Shown: one piece after another, positions 60,856-64,000 of the stretch
Numbering within the stretch: the first letter of the stretch is position 1
Layout: the number at the start of each line of letters is the position of its first letter
Assembly: GCA_002501085.1 (NCBI GenBank)
Contig: DLRL01000019.1
Location: 31,885 to 95,884, forward strand
DNA length: 64,000 nt
From: Gemmatimonadales bacterium UBA7889
GTDB taxonomy: Bacteria; Gemmatimonadota; Gemmatimonadetes; Longimicrobiales; Gaopeijiaceae
Direction of reading: 5' to 3'
Position numbers and translations under genes: made by a program
Notes under the pieces: model-generated
Told to the model about the DNA's origin: nothing
Databases searched by the model: none
What the model saw: only the letters and a program-made list of their open reading frames with translations

Positions 60856-62129
60856 GATTTCCTCTTTGGCTCATAAACAAGGACTGCCCGATTATCAGAG
60901 CCGAGTTGTGAGGCTGCAAAGTCCCTGATTTGCTCTACCGTCACCGCTCTGAGTCGATCTATTTCGTGGTTCAAGCGATCAGGGTCATCAAAGTAGAGGT
61001 TAAACATCGAGAGTAGGTTAGCCCGTTCACCCACATGCTCTAGCGCTCTCACCAAGTCTGTTTCGGTCAGAGCTATCGCACGATCAACCTCACTTTGTCT
61101 TGCTTCTACTAAAGCTTCAATCTCTTCCGTAAGTGCTGCTTCAAGTTGTTCAGGTGTCGAATCAGGATATCCAGTCGCCCAGGTAAGAAGCATGGAGGCG
61201 TTGGTTAGAAGGGGGAACGCATAAGTCACAACCCCCTTCGCAACACGGCGCTCACGAACAAGTGCACGGTAAAGACGGGACGCACGTCCCATTCCAAGCA
61301 GTGCCCGGGAGACCTCGGCAACCGCAAAGTCCTCTGAGGAATAGGGGGGAATGCGGAATCCCATGATGACCCGTGCCAGCGGCACTTCTGCAAAAACGTG
61401 CTCTCGAACAGTGTCACCAATGATTGGCTCCAAACACGAGTCTCCCGGAAGTGGTGGGATAGGCGCTCCGGCTTCAATCTCGCCGAAATAGCGCTGGACA
61501 AGATCCATGACCTGAGACTCGTCAAAATCGCCTGCGATCGTTAACACAGCATTATTCGGGACATAGTACGTACCAAAAAATGCGGCCACATCTTCTAGTG
61601 TTGCAGCATCCAGATCTTCTACTGACCCAATCACCGGGTGGTGATAAGGATGATCCTTTGGGTAGATCAAGGCCTGAAGGCGTTGGTCCCAGTCACCATA
61701 TGGCTGGTTATCATACCGTTGGCGTTTTTCGTTCTTCACGACATCGCGTTGGTTGTCGAGCTTCTCCTGGTCCATTGCCGGAAGCATCCATCCCATCCGG
61801 TCAGATTCGAGCCAAAGTGCAAGTTCCAGGTCTCGAGAAGGAACTGTCTCGAAGTAGTTCGTCCGATCGAACCAGGTGGTCGCATTAAGGGTCCCCCCAG
61901 CCCGTTCGATCAGTTCAAAATGCTTGTTCTTAGGGACATGCTTGGAACCCTGGAACATCATGTGCTCAAATAGGTGCGCGAAGCCCGTGTGGCCGGGAAG
62001 TTCATTTCTAGACCCAACCCCATACCAAATATTCACTGCCACTATCGGCACAGTGCTGTCCTGGGAAAGGACTATTTTTAGACCATTATCCAGACAATGG
62101 CGCTCCAAGGGGATCGCAAGCTGGTTCAT
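60852..62129 (-). CDS. M16-family zinc peptidase (insulinase/pitrilysin-like), catalytic subunit
   Basis: GFAHLFEHMMFQG contains the inverted zinc motif HxxEH. Confidence 0.88.
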   Translation of the reverse strand: MNQLAIPLERHCLDNGLKIVLSQDSTVPIVAVNIWYGVGSRNELPGHTGFAHLFEHMMFQGSKHVPKNKHFELIERAGGTLNATTWFDRTNYFETVPSRDLELALWLESDRMGWMLPAMDQEKLDNQRDVVKNEKRQRYDNQPYGDWDQRLQALIYPKDHPYHHPVIGSVEDLDAATLEDVAAFFGTYYVPNNAVLTIAGDFDESQVMDLVQRYFGEIEAGAPIPPLPGDSCLEPIIGDTVREHVFAEVPLARVIMGFRIPPYSSEDFAVAEVSRALLGMGRASRLYRALVRERRVAKGVVTYAFPLLTNASMLLTWATGYPDSTPEQLEAALTEEIEALVEARQSEVDRAIALTETDLVRALEHVGERANLLSMFNLYFDDPDRLNHEIDRLRAVTVEQIRDFAASQLGSDNRAVLVYEPKRKS

Positions 62130-63688
62130 GCGCCGATATCCGAGTCATCACGTCTTGCGGTAGTAACCAGATTTTTTCCAGTCATCTGTTCAGGAAAAGA
62201 AATGCCCATGAAATGCAACACTGTTGGGGCAACATCAGCTAAGCGTCCAGAGCCCTCTAGTTCATGTGTGGTATCGCGGGGATCAAAGACGATGAAGTCC
62301 ACTGGCTCAACTGTGTGAGCCGTATGAACATCTCCGTTGTCGTTGAGCATCTTCTCAGCATTTCCGTGGTCAGCAGTGACCAACGCAACCCAGTCTGGGT
62401 GATCTGTGACCGAATGAATCAGTCCACCAAGGCATGAATCGACTACTTCAACAGCTTCGGTGGCAGCTTGGATTGAACCCGTGTGCCCCACCATGTCCGG
62501 ATTTGCAAAATTTACCAAAATGAAGTCGTGCCTCCCATCGCGAATAGCCTCCGTAACCACATTCGCCACCGATCGAGCGCTCATCTCGGGCTGAAGATCA
62601 TAGGTAGCAACTTTTGGAGAAGGCACGAGAATGCGATCCTCACCATCAAACGGGGGTTCCTCTCCTCCGTTAAAAAAATATGTGACGTGCGCGTACTTCT
62701 CACTTTCCGCAGTTTTCAATTGTTGGTGCCCTTCTCGGGAGATCAGTTCTGAAAGACATGCCTCCAGACGCTCCAGCGGAAAAGCCACGGAGACAGGAAG
62801 TGCTGGATCGTATTCAGCCATGGTCACAACGCGACCAGGGATAGCTCCTTCTCGTTTGAAGGCATCGAAATTGTTGAGAGTCATTGCCGAGGTAAGCTGC
62901 CGCATACGATCAGCACGGAAGTTCATTAGTAGCAAGGCATCCGCCTCGCTGATTCCCACCTCACCAACACCACGTATCCCAGTGGGCTCAATGAACTCAT
63001 CGGTAACACCAAGAGCGTAGCTCTCCTCAAGGAAATCCGGAGAGTCCGTCCAGTTTTCAGCTTGACCGTTAACAATCAATTCGTAAGCACGTCTCGTCCG
63101 GTCCCAGCGATCATCCCTATCCATCGCCCAATATCGACCAATAACTGAGGCAACAGCCCAATCGATACCCTTCGTGCAAAGCTGTCCGATTTCTTCGATG
63201 TAATCAGTTCCAGCCTGGGGAGAGGCGTCACGTCCATCCATGAAACAATGCAACCGCACCGGGATGTCTGACGGAAGAAGATTTAGGACGGCTGCAAAGT
63301 GCCTTATATGACTGTGGACTCCTCCGTCCGAGAGCAGGCCAGTGATGTGAAGAGCCCCTCCACTCTGCCTTAACCCTGCAACGAGAATCTCAAGACCCAG
63401 GTGATCAGCAAGCACTCCGTCCGCGATTGCCTTATCAATGCGAGCTAGATCCTGCGGAACAACCCGTCCTCCTCCCAGATTGAGGTGCCCGACCTCAGAG
63501 TTACCCATCTGATCAGCAGGAAGCCCAACATCGACACCCGAGCAAGCAAGTCGAGTCCGAGGGCAGTGATCGTAGAGTTCACGGAAGTGTGGCACACTCG
63601 CGAATTCAATCGCATTCCCCGGAGTCGGAGATCCCTTGAAGTCGGAGTGACCCCAGCCGTCCAGAATGATTAGGAGAACCTTTCTCAT
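62126..63688 (-). CDS. gpmI: 2,3-bisphosphoglycerate-independent phosphoglycerate mutase
   Basis: LIILDGWG, NSEVGHLNLGGGR, TADHGNAE. Confidence 0.95.
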   Translation of the reverse strand: MRKVLLIILDGWGHSDFKGSPTPGNAIEFASVPHFRELYDHCPRTRLACSGVDVGLPADQMGNSEVGHLNLGGGRVVPQDLARIDKAIADGVLADHLGLEILVAGLRQSGGALHITGLLSDGGVHSHIRHFAAVLNLLPSDIPVRLHCFMDGRDASPQAGTDYIEEIGQLCTKGIDWAVASVIGRYWAMDRDDRWDRTRRAYELIVNGQAENWTDSPDFLEESYALGVTDEFIEPTGIRGVGEVGISEADALLLMNFRADRMRQLTSAMTLNNFDAFKREGAIPGRVVTMAEYDPALPVSVAFPLERLEACLSELISREGHQQLKTAESEKYAHVTYFFNGGEEPPFDGEDRILVPSPKVATYDLQPEMSARSVANVVTEAIRDGRHDFILVNFANPDMVGHTGSIQAATEAVEVVDSCLGGLIHSVTDHPDWVALVTADHGNAEKMLNDNGDVHTAHTVEPVDFIVFDPRDTTHELEGSGRLADVAPTVLHFMGISFPEQMTGKNLVTTARRDDSDIGA

Positions 63689-63821
63689 GGTAGAATTCTA
63701 ACAGGTCGATGCTGAGTTTAGGCCACTTTTGATTTAGAGCCTGATCCGAGTACCAATGTTTACTCTCGGTACAGACCCACATACAGTGGTGACTTCGACA
63801 CCTGATCAAGGAGACCTAGAC

Positions 63822-64000
63822 GTGCGCTATACCCCTTTTCGCATGGAGCGGTGGCAGTCGACTTACGAGCACCGAGTGCGATACAACCTTTCTGAGAGTG
63901 CGGTGCACCCACTCACGGTTGGCGAACTCTTTGAGATTGCAGGAAAGGAAAGTGGTACTGACCAAATTGAATTGGGATACGGTCAATCCAATGGGTCTGA
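63822..64000 (+). CDS. Class I/II PLP aminotransferase, N-terminal fragment (runs off the window)
   Basis: My own translation from the GTG at 63822, which follows AGGAG at 63809: VRYTPFRMERWQSTYEHRVRYNLSESAVHPLTVGELFE... This is a typical N-terminus for this aminotransferase family. The frame stays open to the window end. Confidence 0.6.
   Translation, partial: MRYTPFRMERWQSTYEHRVRYNLSESAVHPLTVGELFEIAGKESGTDQIELGYGQSNGS

Overview
This is a gene-dense chromosomal segment with about 55 CDS, mostly on the minus strand with short or overlapping junctions. It comes from a diderm bacterium: it encodes a TonB-C domain protein, an OMP-like beta-barrel, a SPOR protein and an ECF sigma/anti-sigma pair. 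Shine-Dalgarno sites are visible. The phylum cannot be fixed from sequence alone. The gene content resembles a Gemmatimonadota- or FCB-type proteolytic heterotroph, at low confidence.

Housekeeping blocks:
- ybbR-like, tlpA, PASTA, rsmB, thiGSE, fmt, def, yajC, tgt, queA, ruvBAC, yebC (1-12.5 kb)
- tdh-kbl, then thiC with a TPP riboswitch
- glnA-amt-glnK
- sdhCAB of the actinobacterial Sdh1-like type
- an EF-G2-like paralog, ddl, CBS, mutS, holA, an M16 pair and gpmI

I found no rRNA, tRNA, CRISPR array, transposase, integrase or recognisable defence genes.

The only clearly accessory region is about 12.7-30 kb. It holds ThuA-like, two PQQ dehydrogenases, two AS-amidases, two M20 hydrolases, an HDAC-family enzyme, an S9 peptidase and an outer-membrane barrel. 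All appear to be exported. This is my best candidate for an undescribed functional unit, a periplasmic deamidation/deacylation locus.

All calls rest on motif and family recognition by eye. No database search or alignment program was run, and identity estimates are visual.
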